Assembly (NCBI RefSeq): GCF_902652985.1
Contig: NW_022979151.1
Coordinates: forward strand, 1-64,000
Origin: Pecten maximus
Lineage: Eukaryota
Reading direction: 5' to 3'
Length of the DNA stretch: 64,000 nucleotides
Part shown: in pieces, positions 48,657 through 62,060 of the stretch
Layout of the letters: each line of letters begins with the position of its first letter
Position numbering within the stretch: the stretch's first letter is position 1
Notes under the pieces: model-generated
Database searches by the model: none
Told to the model about the DNA's origin: nothing
What the model saw: the letters and a program-made list of their open reading frames with translations, nothing else
Translations under genes and position numbers: made by a program

Positions 48657-51600
48657 GAACTAATTACAGGTTTGAAATCTGTATATGGTATTTTAATATT
48701 TGTTTGTTGCAGATTTAGAGCAAGTTTTGCTTGGCGGTCAACAAGTTCGTTGCCTTTAATTCCGACATGGCTCGGAATCCAAAGTAATGTTATTTTGCAT
48801 TTTTTTAAGATACGAGATATTCGTAAAACAAGGTTTTGTATGAGTATATTCTTTGGATCTCGTGATTGTAAATTCTGAAGGACAGATAGAGAGTCGGAAC
48901 AAATTATTGCCTTTCTAATGCATTGTTCTTCGATTTGGTTGAGGGCCAAATCGATGGCACATGCTTCCGCAGAGAAGATAGAGGCATCATCTGGTAAGCG
49001 GATTGAAGAGCAATGGTGGTCGGAATAGCATGCTGCAGAGACCTTTACTCCATCTTTTGAGCCATCAGTGTAGATCTGAACGTGATCGGGAAAATCTTTA
49101 ATGCATTCCCGAAAGGAGGATTTGTGTTCTTCGGGTAATACACTCGATTTTGCCCTCACGTGTAGAGTAAGGTTAATATCAGGTGTTTCGACAAGCCATG
49201 GCGGTACATCCGATACGGTGTATTCGCCTATGTTGTCTAAGCTTATGTTAAGTTCATGAAGAAAATTCGAAATTCTAATGCCAAATGTTGGTAAGAGTTT
49301 TTGGTTTTGAGTAAATATGTTTCGGTATTGCGGATTGACAACAAGGTCAAAAGCCGGATTTTTCGGGTTGGATTTCAATTGGGCGGCATATTGAAGAGAA
49401 AGTTTTTTCCTTCTGTCATTTAAAGATGGTTCATTTGTCTCTACATAAAGGCTCTGCACTGGTGTTGTTCGGAAAGTACCAAGTGCTAGACGTAATCCTT
49501 GATTATGGATAGGATCCAACATTTGCAGGTAAGAATTCCGTGCCGATCCATAAACGATGGAACCATAGTCGAGTTTTGATCGAATAAGTGCCCTATAAAG
49601 GCGCAGAAGCATTTCACGGTCTGCGCCCCAGTCAGTATGGGATAGTACTCGTAAAATGTTCATTGCCTTTGAGCACTTATCCTTTAGGTGTTTAATATGT
49701 GGAACAAAGGAGAGTTTTGAATCGAAAATTAGTCCGAGGAATTTGGTTTGCTCTACAACTGGAATTTTGCTTCCATTTAATGTTAGATCGGGATCATTAT
49801 GTGGCTTTCGTTTTTGGCAGAAGTGCATGCAGACAGTTTTTGATCTAGAAAATTTGAAGCCGTTTTCATCTGCCCATGTTTGTAGTTTGCCCAAACATTG
49901 TTGAAGTTGTCGTTCTATCGTGTGCATGTTCTTCGACCTATAGCAGATCAAGAAGTCATCAACAAATAGAGACCCTTCAGTTGACTTACCGAGACATTTA
50001 GTTATACTGTTGATTTTCAGATCGAAAAGAGTTACGGAAAGGATCCCACCCTGAGTGACTCCCATTTCCTGTTTAGCTGTTTCAGAATACGTTGAGCCAA
50101 CGCGAACCTTAAAATGTCTGTCAGAGATGTAGTTTGAAATGAACTTTGGGAGATTCCCACATACACCAATTTCATGCAGGTCTTTCATAATACCATACTG
50201 CCATGTAGTATCGTATGCTTTCTCCAGATCAAAGAACACAGCAACAAGATGTTCCTTCTTTGCGAAAGCTTCTCGAATAAAGGTTTCTAATCTGACCAGG
50301 TGGTCTACTGTTCCTCTGCGGTTTCTGAATCCGCTTTGGAGTGGACTCAAAATATTATTGGATTCAAGGAACCAAACTAGTCTATTGTTTATCATCCGTT
50401 CAAGTGTTTTACAGATGCAGCTTGTTAGAGAGATAGGGCGATAATTATTTGGTTCATTGGCGTCCTTACCAGGTTTTGGAATCGGAATAATTGTTGATTC
50501 CTTCCAAGACTCAGGGATCGTAATGATGATTCTGGTAAATGTTTCAGGAATTGGTACGGAATTTCATCTGGCCCAGCTGCTGAATCGGTCGATCTTTTTA
50601 GCGATTCAAGCAACTCCTGTAGATCGAAATGCTTGTTGTAACTTTCTGTGTAGGATGATTTAAAGTTAAGACGTTTCTTTTCTTTGTCTTTTTTGAAAGT
50701 TTGGAATTTTTTGGAGTGATTTTTGGCGGATGAGTTCTGAGCTATATTTTTAGCAAATGCATTTGCAATTTCAGATGTAGAAGAGAAGATTTGGTTACTG
50801 TTGATAAGATGGGATGCTGGTGCCGTTTTTCGTTTTCCACTTATTTTTCGTATCTGATCCCATATCTTTTTTGATGATGTGTTTGAAGATATTTTAGAAA
50901 TGTATTCCTTCCAGCTATTCTTTTTGTCGGATTTAATAGATCGCCGAGCCTTCGCCCTCCAAATTTTAAAATTATTGTAATTTTCAGTTGTAGGGGAAGT
51001 CAGGAATCGTCTTAGAGCTGCCTTTCGGCCGGATCTATTGATAAAAGATTCTTCAGATAAAAGGAACTTTGTAGGTTTTGGGACGGACTTTGGTATGGTT
51101 TGTTTGTTTGTTTGTTTATGTTTTACGGCCCATCGACAACTAGGGTCATTTAGGGCCAAACAATATTCTAACATGTTTTATTTTTAAAGTTAAAATCAGA
51201 TAAAATTTGTCATTTTTTAAAAGCATCCGTATTGTATATTTACATCATTATAATAAAAGGTGGTTAAAAATGGTAAAATATATATATGTACATTATGTGA
51301 AATAATATGTACGAATAGATTATGTGAACTTTGTTATAAATAGAACGTCAAAGACAGTAACGTAAAAGACATCAAAGTCTATAAAATAGATCGATTTCTT
51401 TCAAGTAGCTAAATATTGTTTTCGAATCCACGGAACTGAAAAGGGTTTTCATATCCGGGACTCGAAAGTATTTATCACGAATGTGCTTAAAATCGGAACA
51501 TTCTATTAAAAAATGCTGCACTGTGAATTGAACATCACATGCATAACACACCGGTGGATCCTCTCGTTTCAAAAGGAACGAATGAGTAGGATATGTGTGC

Positions 51601-53690
51601 CCGGTACGGAGCCGAGAGAGGACTATTTCCTCTCTACGATCCTTCCGGCTTGGTTTTGATGTTTTAAGTTTTGGTTGTACTTTAAAAAGTTTGTTGCTCG
51701 TCTCGAGAGACCAGCGTTGCTGCCATTTACTCTGAATGGCAGAACTAATTAGAGGTTTGAAATCTGTATATGGTATTTTAATATTTGTTTGTTGCAGATT
51801 TAGAGCAAGTTTTGCTTGGCGGTCAACAAGTTCGTTGCCTTTAATTCCGACATGGCTCGGAATCCAAAGTAATGTTATTTTGCATTTTTTTAAGATACGA
51901 GATATTCGTAAAACAAGGTTTTGTATGAGTATGTTCTTTGGATCTCGTGATTGTAAATTCTGAAGGACGGATAGAGAGTCGGAACAAATTATTGCCTTTC
52001 TAATGCGTTGTTCTTCGATTTGGTCGAGGGCCAAATCGATGGCACATGCTTCCGCAGAGAAGATAGAGGCATCATCTGGTAAGCGGATTGAAGAGCAATG
52101 GTGGTCGGAATAGCATGCTGCAGAGACCTTTACTCCATCTTTTGAGCCATCAGTGTAGATCTGAACGTGATCGGGAAAATCTTTAATGCATTCCCGAAAG
52201 GAGGATTTGTGTTCTTCGGGTAATACACTCGATTTTTCCCTCACGTGTAGAGTAAGGTTAATATCAGCTGTTTCGACAAAGCCACGGTGGTACATCAGTT
52301 ACGGTGTACTCGCCTATGTTGTCTAAACTGATGTTAAGTTCCTGAAGAAAGTTAGAAATTCTAATGCCAAATGTTGGTAAAAGTTTTTGGTTTTGATTAA
52401 ATATGTTTTGGTATTTCGGATTGACAACAAGGTCAAAAGCCGGATTTTTCGGGTTGGATTTTAATTGAACGGCATATTGAAGAGAACGTTTTTTCCTTCT
52501 GTCATTTAGGGATGGTTCATTTGCCTCAACATAAAGGCTCTGCACAGGTGTTGTTCGAAAAGCACCAAGTACTAGACGTAATCCTTGGTTTTGGATAGGA
52601 TCCAGCATCTGCAGGTAAGAATTTCGTGCCGATCCATAAACGATGGAGCCATAGTCGAGTTTTGATCGAATAAGTGCCCTATAAAGGCGCAGAAGCATTT
52701 CGCGGTCTGCACCCCAGTCAGTATGGGATAGTACTCGTAAAATGTTCATTGCCTTTGAGCACTTATCTTTCAAGTATTTTATATGTGGAACAAAGGAGAG
52801 TTTCGAATCGAAAATTAGTCCGAGGAATTTAGTCTGCTCGACAACTGGAATTGTGATACCGTTTAATGTAAGATCTGGATCATTATGTGGTTTTCGTTTT
52901 TGGCAGAAGTGCATGCAGACAGTTTTTGATCTGGAGAATTTAAAGCCGTTTTCATCCGCCCATGTTTGTAGTTTGCCTAAACATTGTTGAAGTTGTCGTT
53001 CTATCGTGTGCATGTTCTTCGACCTATAGCAGATCAAGAAGTCATCGACGAATAGAGACCCTTCAGTCGACTTACCGAGACATTTAGTTATACTGTTGAT
53101 TTTCAGACCAAAAAGTGTTACGGAAAGGATCCCACCCTGAGGGACTCCCATTTCCTGTTTTGCTGTTTCGGAATAAGTTGAACCTACGCGAACTTTAAAA
53201 TGTCTGTCAGATATATAGTTTGAAATGAATTTTGGGAGATTTGGTATCGTTTTTGTGGCAACAGAAGTAATCGTTTCATTGAATGTTTTAATTGGGTCAT
53301 CGAGGTTAGTGAATTTTTCAACAGTAAGCTCCTCGTTGCATAGGTGTTGGAATTGGCCCCAATCTGCTTTGTGCACATTCCATCGAGGAAGTGGTTTATC
53401 AAGAGGGTTCCCAATATTCTTAAGAAATATAGGGAAGTGGTCACTCCCACATAGATCATCATTTACCCTCCAGTCATAATCGAGTAAAATGGATGGATGA
53501 CATAATGATAGGTCTATGTGGGTACGGGAGCCTGTAGCAGGGTGTAGATATGTTGGGGTATTATTGTTAAAAAGACACGGGTTGTTTTTATCTATAAATT
53601 CCTCAATACGTCTTCCTCTCTCATCTGTGTTCGGGGAGCCCCACAGACTGTTATGCCCATTAAAATCTCCGAGAATTATGTATGGTGCTT
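48657..53690 (-). mobile_element. I-clade LINE ORF2 (EN fragment, RT, RNase H), host copy 48657-51097 plus 53240-53690
   Basis: FDLEKAYD, GVTQGG, LFVDD, YTDGS; EN motifs ILGDFN and GSDHFP. Confidence 0.92.
51098..53239 (-). mobile_element. 5'-truncated 2.1-kb copy of the same LINE nested inside the host copy
   Basis: (CAAA)n tail at 51098; flanking repeat TTTGGTAT on both sides; RT C-half, RNase H and 3'UTR. Confidence 0.85.
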
Positions 53691-54071
53691 TTCCAGATCC
53701 CCCGCACTATAAAAGAGACTACAACTCCATTCTCCTCACAATCGCTTGACCATCTGTATAGATTTTAATTTTGAAAATATGGCAGCAAGATATTTTTCGG
53801 TAATGGACAGTATGCCCAGTTGTCTGTTTACAGGGGCGTTACCTATGTCCATATAAATGGACGGAATAATAAATGCGCCACCGTTATCGCACATGAATTT
53901 GTAGACATTATGCAGAACTATGAATTGTTGGGAGAGATACAGTCCCACATAAAAAAGGTACGTATGAAAGTTACTTTATGAAATTCATTTTTTCATTAAC
54001 TCACGAATTTGAAGAATAACTAATCAAAGCAATTAACATGATGTTCTGTATTGTATATGCCGATACTATAA

Positions 54072-54822
54072 ATGATAAAATACAAACAATCATTTGGGAG
54101 AGCCTCACGCTGGAGTGCCACCACCAAACCTCCAGAGCCTTCAAAACCCATTAAACACACACCACCACCAATCGAACCATCACCATCGACTACAAAAACC
54201 AACACAAACGAACGAAAATCTAAGGTAGATGCCGACCACCATAGACGACGAACTCCGTCACAGCCGTCGGTCGACACCTCCAGAATTACCAAACGACCTG
54301 CCACTACACCCCCTCAACATCAAAGAACACCAAAATCTAGGGTACGGATCAATAGGCATCCCTCCCTAAACAAAAAACCGGTATGACGTTCTTATGGACG
54401 ACAGTGAACAACATATAACCAACGTTGCTGTTACTAGACAGCCTATACCAGGCAGCCCGAAGAACGACCAGCATGAACCAGGATAATGGCCAATAATAAC
54501 AACACTATCATACAATGGAATATACGCGGACTACGGGCAAATATAGAAGAGTTTCAAAATTTATCTAAAGAGTTTAGACCTGCCTTATTTTGCCTACAGG
54601 AGGTCATGTTAAAAAACCCAATTACCCTTAAGAAATTTCTCGCTTTATAATAGTACAACTATAGGAATCAAAGCAGCAGGTGGCGCAGCTGTAGCTGTCA
54701 ATAATAATATTCCTCACAGAATGATCACGTTAAGCACAAATTTACATGCTGTCGCTGTATGTGCAACTTTACACAGACAAGTGATAACCTCGTCTCCCAA
54801 CTTCCAACACCATACGTAATTC
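54072..54822 (+). mobile_element. Fragment of a related I-clade LINE: ORF1 3' end and ORF2 APE endonuclease start
   Basis: MANNNNTIIQWNIRGLRAN...FCLQE from ~54486; Pro/Thr/basic ORF1 tail. Confidence 0.7.
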
Positions 54823-54897
54823 ATAACGGATGTTGACCAGCTAACGGGAAAAGAAAATCCAACTTTATTCAAAGTATACATTATTGAGAAAACCCAC

Positions 54898-56154
54898 CCT
54901 TGTTGGGGTGTCCATAGAGGGAGCCACTGCTTTCAAGATGGTGGTGGTGTCACTCGGTGGGGTGTTCGTGTTCTCGACAGTGTCACCCATTGTTGTAACT
55001 TCTCGAAGGCGTTCCTGAATCATATAAATAGTTATATATAAACACTACTGATTATTTACAAGCAAGCAAGTATTGTTCATTCTCAAGATACCACCAATAC
55101 ACCTAAACTCTCCCATAGTATGCCACCATAAACTCTAAGATAACTACACATATCATCAAATAGAATAAATAGTATATTATTATCACTTGTTTGTTTGTTT
55201 GTTTGTTTATGTTTTACGGCCCATCGACAACTAGGGTCATTTAGGGCCAAACAATATACTAACATGTTTTATTTTGTAAGTTAAAATCAGATAAAATTTG
55301 TCATTTTTAAAAGCATCCGTATTGTATATTTAGATCATTATGATAAAAAAGTTGGTTAAAAATGGTAAAATATGTATATGTACGAATAGATTATGTGAAC
55401 TTTGTTATATAAATAGAACGTGAAAGACAGTAACGTAAAAGACATCAAAGTCTATAAAATAGATCGATTTCTTTCAAGTAGCTAAATATTGTTTTCGAAT
55501 CCACGGAACTGAAAAGGGTTTTCATATTATTATCACATTTTTACCAATTTATAGTTGATATCAATATTACGAGACGGATGTTGACCAGCTATCGGGAAAA
55601 GAAAATCCAACTTTATTCAAAGTATGTATTATTGAGAAAACCACACAAACATCCGATTTGGGTATATGGTCATTTGAAAAAAAAACAGGAGTGCTTATTG
55701 GTTAAGTCAGTGTTCTAAAAATAGTTCACGTGATCTTCAGGGAACAATTTCGTTTACAGAAACGTTAAATTCTAGTTTACATATAATTACATATCATAAA
55801 TTGTATACTTACACAAATTTGCACATGTCCCTCCAAGTCACTGCATATAACTGCCTTGGTGGGATATATCTTGATAGCAGGGCTGAAGGAACCGCAGGCT
55901 CCTATGAGGCGATCCCCCCTTCTCCAGCCGTTAACTGTCAACTCTGTCTCGGAGTACACGTGTTCACCACCGCAGCAGAGGGTGAACGTCTTCGACCCAC
56001 CTGTCGTCCACTCCCCATTCATCGTACACATGGTTGTGTCGGGGGTCGCTGAATTAGATATCAACGCATACCGTAATGGTGGTCCAATACATACTGATAA
56101 GCAGATATGCGGTAGACCTAAGAAACAAACGATCACTAGTACTGTCAACGCCAT
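54898..56154 (-). pseudogene. Spliced secreted/membrane glycoprotein remnant (signal peptide, Cys-rich exon, Thr-rich exon)
   Basis: Exon 56154-55813 ends at GTAAGT in phase 0; exon 55014-54898 encodes ERLREVTT...TPTR in phase 0; duplicated intron sequence at ~54827 and ~55575. Confidence 0.55.
55187..55525 (-). mobile_element. Short 3' fragment of the I-clade LINE
   Basis: Same 3'UTR and tail; flanking repeat atattattatcac. Confidence 0.85.
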
Positions 56155-56973
56155 GTTGTCTAGCGCATGGGCGGAACGAAATACCACAAAAGACGAAAAT
56201 AACGCTCGAAAGCGAACAGGATATATTAAGTCTATAACACTATTACTACAATGTTACATTTTGAGATAAATAAATGGTTTCGTTGATGAGCACATAATCA
56301 AAACATCATGACTCATTTGTTATAATACAATCATTCATAAGTTAAACGTAATGTTCATTTTACACTGGCGCTCCATAGCTAAAACACATTTAGTATTACG
56401 ACTGCACAACTCAAGCCAAGAAAGAAAGGGCACCCTTGTGGTTATGTCGTAATCTACAGAGTCCCATTTCGTTTTGATAGGGTGAGTTAGTGCACTATTC
56501 TTGAATAGAAAAACACTTTGGAGTATGACGGGCTTGTATGGACAGGAAATTGTGTGGTATTACCTTAATCTTAATGTGAGCGCAACATCCTCTTCCATAA
56601 TGGGAGGTAGGGTATAATTAAACCTTTTTAAAATGGAATTTGGCACCATCATGTCTGACGGGCTTGTATGAATAGGAAATTGTGTGGTTTTTATTGTCTT
56701 CGATAAAGGAAGGTGTTTTATTTAAACGCAACATCCCGATACTCTAAACAAAAAGGTTGTTTTTTTCAAATTTAACATTAAAACTTGCATCGATAGGAAA
56801 TGGTTGCGGTTTTTTTAGTGTATACTTCAATAGCGGACGACTCTTCAAATAAAGATTTTGTGGAAGTTTGACATCCGTTTAACAGTAATTGATACACACC
56901 CACGTATACTAAGAATGTATATATATAGAAGGAGAAATTTCTCCTTACATCGACACTGCTCTTAGAATACCAG

Positions 56974-57621
56974 ATGGCAGCTCTGATTGTATATGGTCAG
57001 GTTGAGACCCAAACCACTAACGGAAAATCTAAGCTGATATGTAACCTGAACCCGAAAGTGAAAGTGGCAGTAAATCGTTTTGATGGGAACCAGGGCCTGT
57101 ACATACACATCAACTCGAGGGGTAAAGGAATAAGCTTATCCTATGAAGAATACGAAGATCTATGTACCCTTAAAGTCTGTTTGTTTGTTTATGTTTTACG
57201 GCCCATCGACAACTAGGGTCATTTAGGGCCAAACAATATACTAACAAGTTTTATTTTTAAAGTTAAAATCAGATAAAATTTGTCATTTTTTAAAAGCATC
57301 CGTATTGTATATTTAGATCATTATGATCAAAAAGTTGGTTAAAAATGGTAAAATATATACATGTACGAATAGATTATGTGAAATAATATGTACGAATAGA
57401 TTATGTGAACTTTGTTATAAATAGAACGTCAAAGACAGTAACGTAAAAGACAACCTCTAGTGCAGTCGGCCCAGCAGCAACCTATACAGCATCAACAGGC
57501 TGCACCAGCACAAGGCAACTTACATCACCGGCAAAGTGCACCGATTCAGCCTCGTCATGTCCCACAACAGGCACAGATTCAAATTTCTGAACCTTTAAAC
57601 ATTTGGGAAGATTTTGCTTGA
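56974..57621 (+). pseudogene. PC4-like protein with Gln-rich tail, interrupted by a LINE 3' fragment (57177-57450)
   Basis: VKVAVNRFDG..LYIHI..KGISLSYEEYEDL; TATA-like run at ~56917; Gln-rich frame 57451-57621. Confidence 0.65.
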
Positions 57622-57796
57622 GTGAAGATGTCATGTCGTGTGTTCTTTAGACTGGACAATGAACTGGTCGATATACTTGAAGGTTGAAGTATAACATCTA
57701 TCCATAAATTTTACATTTATACTTGAACAAATAACATCTGGGTATGAACTGTTAAAAGTAACTAGCGCATGATTTTGTTTATGTTTTACGGCCCAT

Positions 57797-58999
57797 TGTA
57801 ACAAAATGGGCTTAAAATGGGGTTAAACAATAGTTAAAACAGAATATAAAATAGTAGCTATCCGAGACAGCAGAACATAGGTCAAAAGTCAAACAATGTT
57901 TGACTCCAGTAAACAACACCTGTGATCATCATGTTGGATGCATCGGCTGATAACAATGGGCGAGGCAGACAGCATCACGACTAGTGATGGATTACCAGGG
58001 GGTGGCTGAACTTGAGCTAGCAGATCGCTGTCCCACAATATTGATTAGTACAACAATAAGATTTATATCGAAGAATCTAAAGAAAGGTTAGGGGGGAGTA
58101 GAATGCACCTATTGTCATGCGCGCACGTGCCATTTAATTATATGTAAAATGGGCGGTACCATCTCATGAATAGTTGATATTGGATTGATTGTTAAAAGAT
58201 ACTTGGGAAGGATATTAAGTCGGGACACGGGGGTCGGGGGGACTTTAGAGAGAGAGAGGGAGAACCAGAGGGGAAGCAAGCTGGGCTTTCCGGGGTGGTT
58301 AAGACGGCAAGAGAATGGAAAGTACTACTTAGGATACCATTGTATATCATGTAACAACGCTAAAATAACGGATTTCAATATTGTCGTACCCTAGGGTTGT
58401 GTTACACTAGGGGTACTGATTTTGGTGCCGTGACCAGGATTCGAACGGGTGACTATGTGGAAAGTTAAAAACTGAAAAGTGCAAAGCAAAAAAAAAAAAA
58501 AAATTATAGACAGACGGTGATCAACAGGATGCGAAATATTCTGCAAGTGTTCGGATTATGTCTCTCGCTCACAGAAGGTGAGTTAATGGGGGGGATCTAG
58601 ATCAACCAAAAATTCAAATTTAATTGGGGGAATATCAATCAAAAAAAAAATGGCAGAACAAAATGTAGGAGTTTTGGTTGAGAATCTGACAGCCCAATTG
58701 GTCGGACTAACATCGACAATCAATACACAGGGGCAGGGGATAGCTAGTTCGGTTTCAAGTTATGAGGGCGATCCAAAAATATTAAGACTGGATTAGGTCT
58801 ATAGATAAATACGCGACACTCACTGGTATAAATTATGATAGGATACGATTGGTTGCATACCAATCAAGCAAAGGTCCAGTTGGGGACTTTATTAAACGGT
58901 TCTTAGAAGAGAACCCAGGGGGGACATGGGCTGAGCCCAAGGTGGAGCTGACAGCCAGGTTCGCGGAGATCAGTGACTCGCAGCATGCATTTATGCTGC
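57797..58999 (+). mobile_element. Gypsy 5' remnant: LTR 57797-58406, tRNA-His PBS at 58423, degraded gag
   Basis: TGTAACA...TGTTACA; TGGTGCCGTGACCAGGATTCGAAC; gag related to the one at 60680. Confidence 0.8.
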
Positions 59000-59644
59000 T
59001 TGTTTGTTTATGTTTTACGGCCCATCGACAACTAGGGTCATTTAGGGCCAAACAATAAACTAACATGTTTTATTTTTAAAGTTAAAATGAGATAAAATTT
59101 GTCATTTATAAAAGCATCCGTATTGTATATTTAGATCATTATGATAAAAAAGTTGGTTAAAAATGGTAAAATATGTATATGTACGAATAGATTATGTGAA
59201 CTTTGTTATATAAATAGAACGTCAAAGACAGTAACGTAAAAGACATCAAAGTCTATAAAATAGATCGATTTCTTTCAAGTAGCTAAATATTGTTTTCGAA
59301 TCCACGGAACTGAAAAGGGTTTTCATATTCGGGACTCGAAAGTATTTATCACAAATGTTAAGAATCCATAAACGATGGACCCATAGTCGAGTTTTGATCG
59401 AATAAGTGCCCTATAAAGGCGCAAGAGCATTTCACGGTCCGCACCCGAGTCGGTGTGGGATAGTACGCGTAAAATATTCATTGCCTTTGAGCACTTATCT
59501 TTTAGGTGTTTAATATGTGGAACAAAGGAGAGTTTTGAATCGAAAATTAGTCCGAGGAATTTGGTTTGCTCTACAACTGGAATTTTGCTTCCATTTAATG
59601 TTTGATCAGGATCATTATGTGGCTTTCGTTTTTGGCAGAAGTGC
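59000..59644 (-). mobile_element. Internally deleted copy of the I-clade LINE
   Basis: 3' tail and ORF2 end joined at ~59358 to a post-RT segment. Confidence 0.85.
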
Positions 59645-59806
59645 TAGAAACAATTGCATTGCTTTTGTTTAGAAAGTATAAAAGGTTGGTTCTGCAATCA
59701 TTACATAACTTAATTATTACTTAATTGCAATTTCATAAGTTCATTATTACTTTATTAATTTGTTATAAGAACATATAAGTTAAATTTAGCACTCTGGAGT
59801 GACTAT

Positions 59807-62053
59807 TGTGAAGTGCTTGGAGGGATATGATAGTTCCTAGGAGAATTTTAATAATTGTTATCTCTGTCACGACCTATGGTAATATATGTCCGATCAAACG
59901 TGACGTGACTTTTGGCCTAAAAAGTCACGACAGTCCTTTGAAGAATTTTAACAAAGTGGGGCCCAGTTCTAATATCTATTTAATTAAAGCGGGAGATGAC
60001 GTGGTCACTTGACCCAGCGAAAGCTGGACAACGTGGCCAGGTACGACGAAATATGGTCATTCCTGGGTAGGAGGTGATAGATGACGTAGTCTGTTACCTC
60101 GGTGAAAGCTGCCCAGTAGACCCCAAATATGGTAATAGTTTTGGGGCATGTATAGCTTTATAAATACTGGAGCTCACCAGGTATAGTCAGTAGGTTCCTG
60201 GACCAGCAAGCCAACAACATCTTGGTCGTGTCCACTACTCCGAAGCACTACACATCACGGGTCATTTTAGTGAGTGCGGGTTTTCTTTGGCTAAGAACTG
60301 TATGTTGTGAAAACTTGTATGTTGGAAAACCATAGTAAAGTAATCAAATTGGAACCTGTGGTTGAACTATTTAATTACAAAGAAGCTTGTGACGGTGACT
60401 GTGTCACATCTTCTGATTTGGTGCCTTAAGACCAGGATTTACTTGAAACAATCTGTGTTTCAATGGAAATACAAGTATAAGACTTTTTGAATATTCCGAC
60501 ATTCCTAAGAGTGGTGAAGAGAAATTTTGATTTGACCCGAGTACTTTGACCGGAGACTACCCGAACCGTTCATAGTCCAGCCCAGATTGGTACAGGATTG
60601 CTCAGCAATAATAACCAGACCGTAACATAGGTAAGTAGTTTTGGCTTTTTCATTACCTAACCTCAAAAGTAAAACAAAAATGGCTGACCAAGATGCTATG
60701 GGGGCGGTGTTACAGGGCCTTCCAATACAAATGGGTAACATGAATATGGCGATGACAGTACAAAGCGTCGCTCAACTGGTAACGCCTTTTGAAGGCGAAC
60801 CAAAGAAGTTTAAGGAATGGATAAAATCCATTGAAAGATACTCGGCGCTTACTCAAATACCGGCCGATAGGGTAAAATTTGTAGCATTTCAGACCGCCAA
60901 GGGGGCTGTCGGAGACTATATACAGCGCCACCTTACCGAGTTCCCGCAGGCAACATGGGCAGAGTTGCGCCGCCAACTTCAAATCCGTTCCGCGGAAGTG
61001 GTAGACATGCAACATGCACTAGATATTCTGTCCTCTATCAAACAGGGTAGGGAAGAGAATGTCGAAATATTTGGAGAACGAGTGTTAGGTATAGCTCGGG
61101 ACGCATTCGATGGACACGTGATGGGGGCTAATATAGCTATTGAGACAAATTGTAGGGTTTTTCACTAAGGGGTTGAATCAGAACTACCTTCGCATGAAGG
61201 TCATGAGGGATAATCCGGCCACTCTTAATGATGCATTAGCCGTAGCTAGGCGGGAGGAAAACCTCAGAAAACGATTTAATTTACAATCAATGGGTAACAG
61301 CTATGGGACTGAAGGTGAGCAACCTATGGAGGTTGATCATTACAGTAACAACCGTTGCTTCAAATGCAACAAAGCTGGCCATAAAGCCAGAGATTGCAGG
61401 GGAGACCGTAGACCGGCCGCTAGGCGTCAGGTAAACTCCTACCAACGGCAACGTCAGCAGTTTCAGTGCTGGCATTGTGGGGGACCACATGTAAGAGACA
61501 TGTGTCCACAACTTGTGGGGAATACAAAAAACTAACTAACTCCTGTCATGTCAAGGCCAATGCCAGGAGATTTAGGACAAAAATACCCAAATTTACAATA
61601 GATTTAGCAGGAAATCCAAATTCTATTTTGATAAAAATAAACAAGCAAAATTTCAGAGCTTTAGTAGATTCTGGGGCGGAAGTGTCCCTACTACATAGAA
61701 GGGTGTATCAGATGCTAAAGGACCCTCCTAAACTGAGTAAACAGAAAGTTAATTTACAATCGGTTAACGGAGGAGCCTTGACTATAGATGGATCAGTAAC
61801 AATGACGTTTAAGACAGGAAATGAAAGCTTGACGCACAAGTTTTATGTAGTCAAAGACATGAACAGAAATGTTATATTAGGCAGAGACTGGCTTAAAGAT
61901 AATGGTGTCAGACTATATTTTGACTTGGGATGTCTAAGAATAAATAAGACCTATGTATCATTGGAAGAGGATATACATATATCTTCAATTATCAGAAGTA
62001 ACAGAGAAGTCGTACTTAAACCACAGACAGTAACAGTCTGTGAAGGTTTTTAA
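59807..62053 (+). mobile_element. Gypsy 5' half: LTR 59807-60408, PBS ~60419, gag (two knuckles, frameshift ~61140), protease
   Basis: TGTGA...TCACA; CFKCNKAGHKARDC, CWHCGGPH; AAAAAAC slippery site at ~61526; LVDSGA and ILGRDWL. Confidence 0.85.
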
Positions 62054-62060
62054 CATGACT

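Noticed and set aside
48035-50395. 786-aa ORF apparently fusing LINE RT/RNase H to THAP-region sequence
   Set aside because: It runs through 500 N; the fusion is an artefact of the gap.
52264-53376. Compact novel RT ORF
   Set aside because: It is a chance in-frame junction between the host LINE and a nested truncated copy at ~53240.
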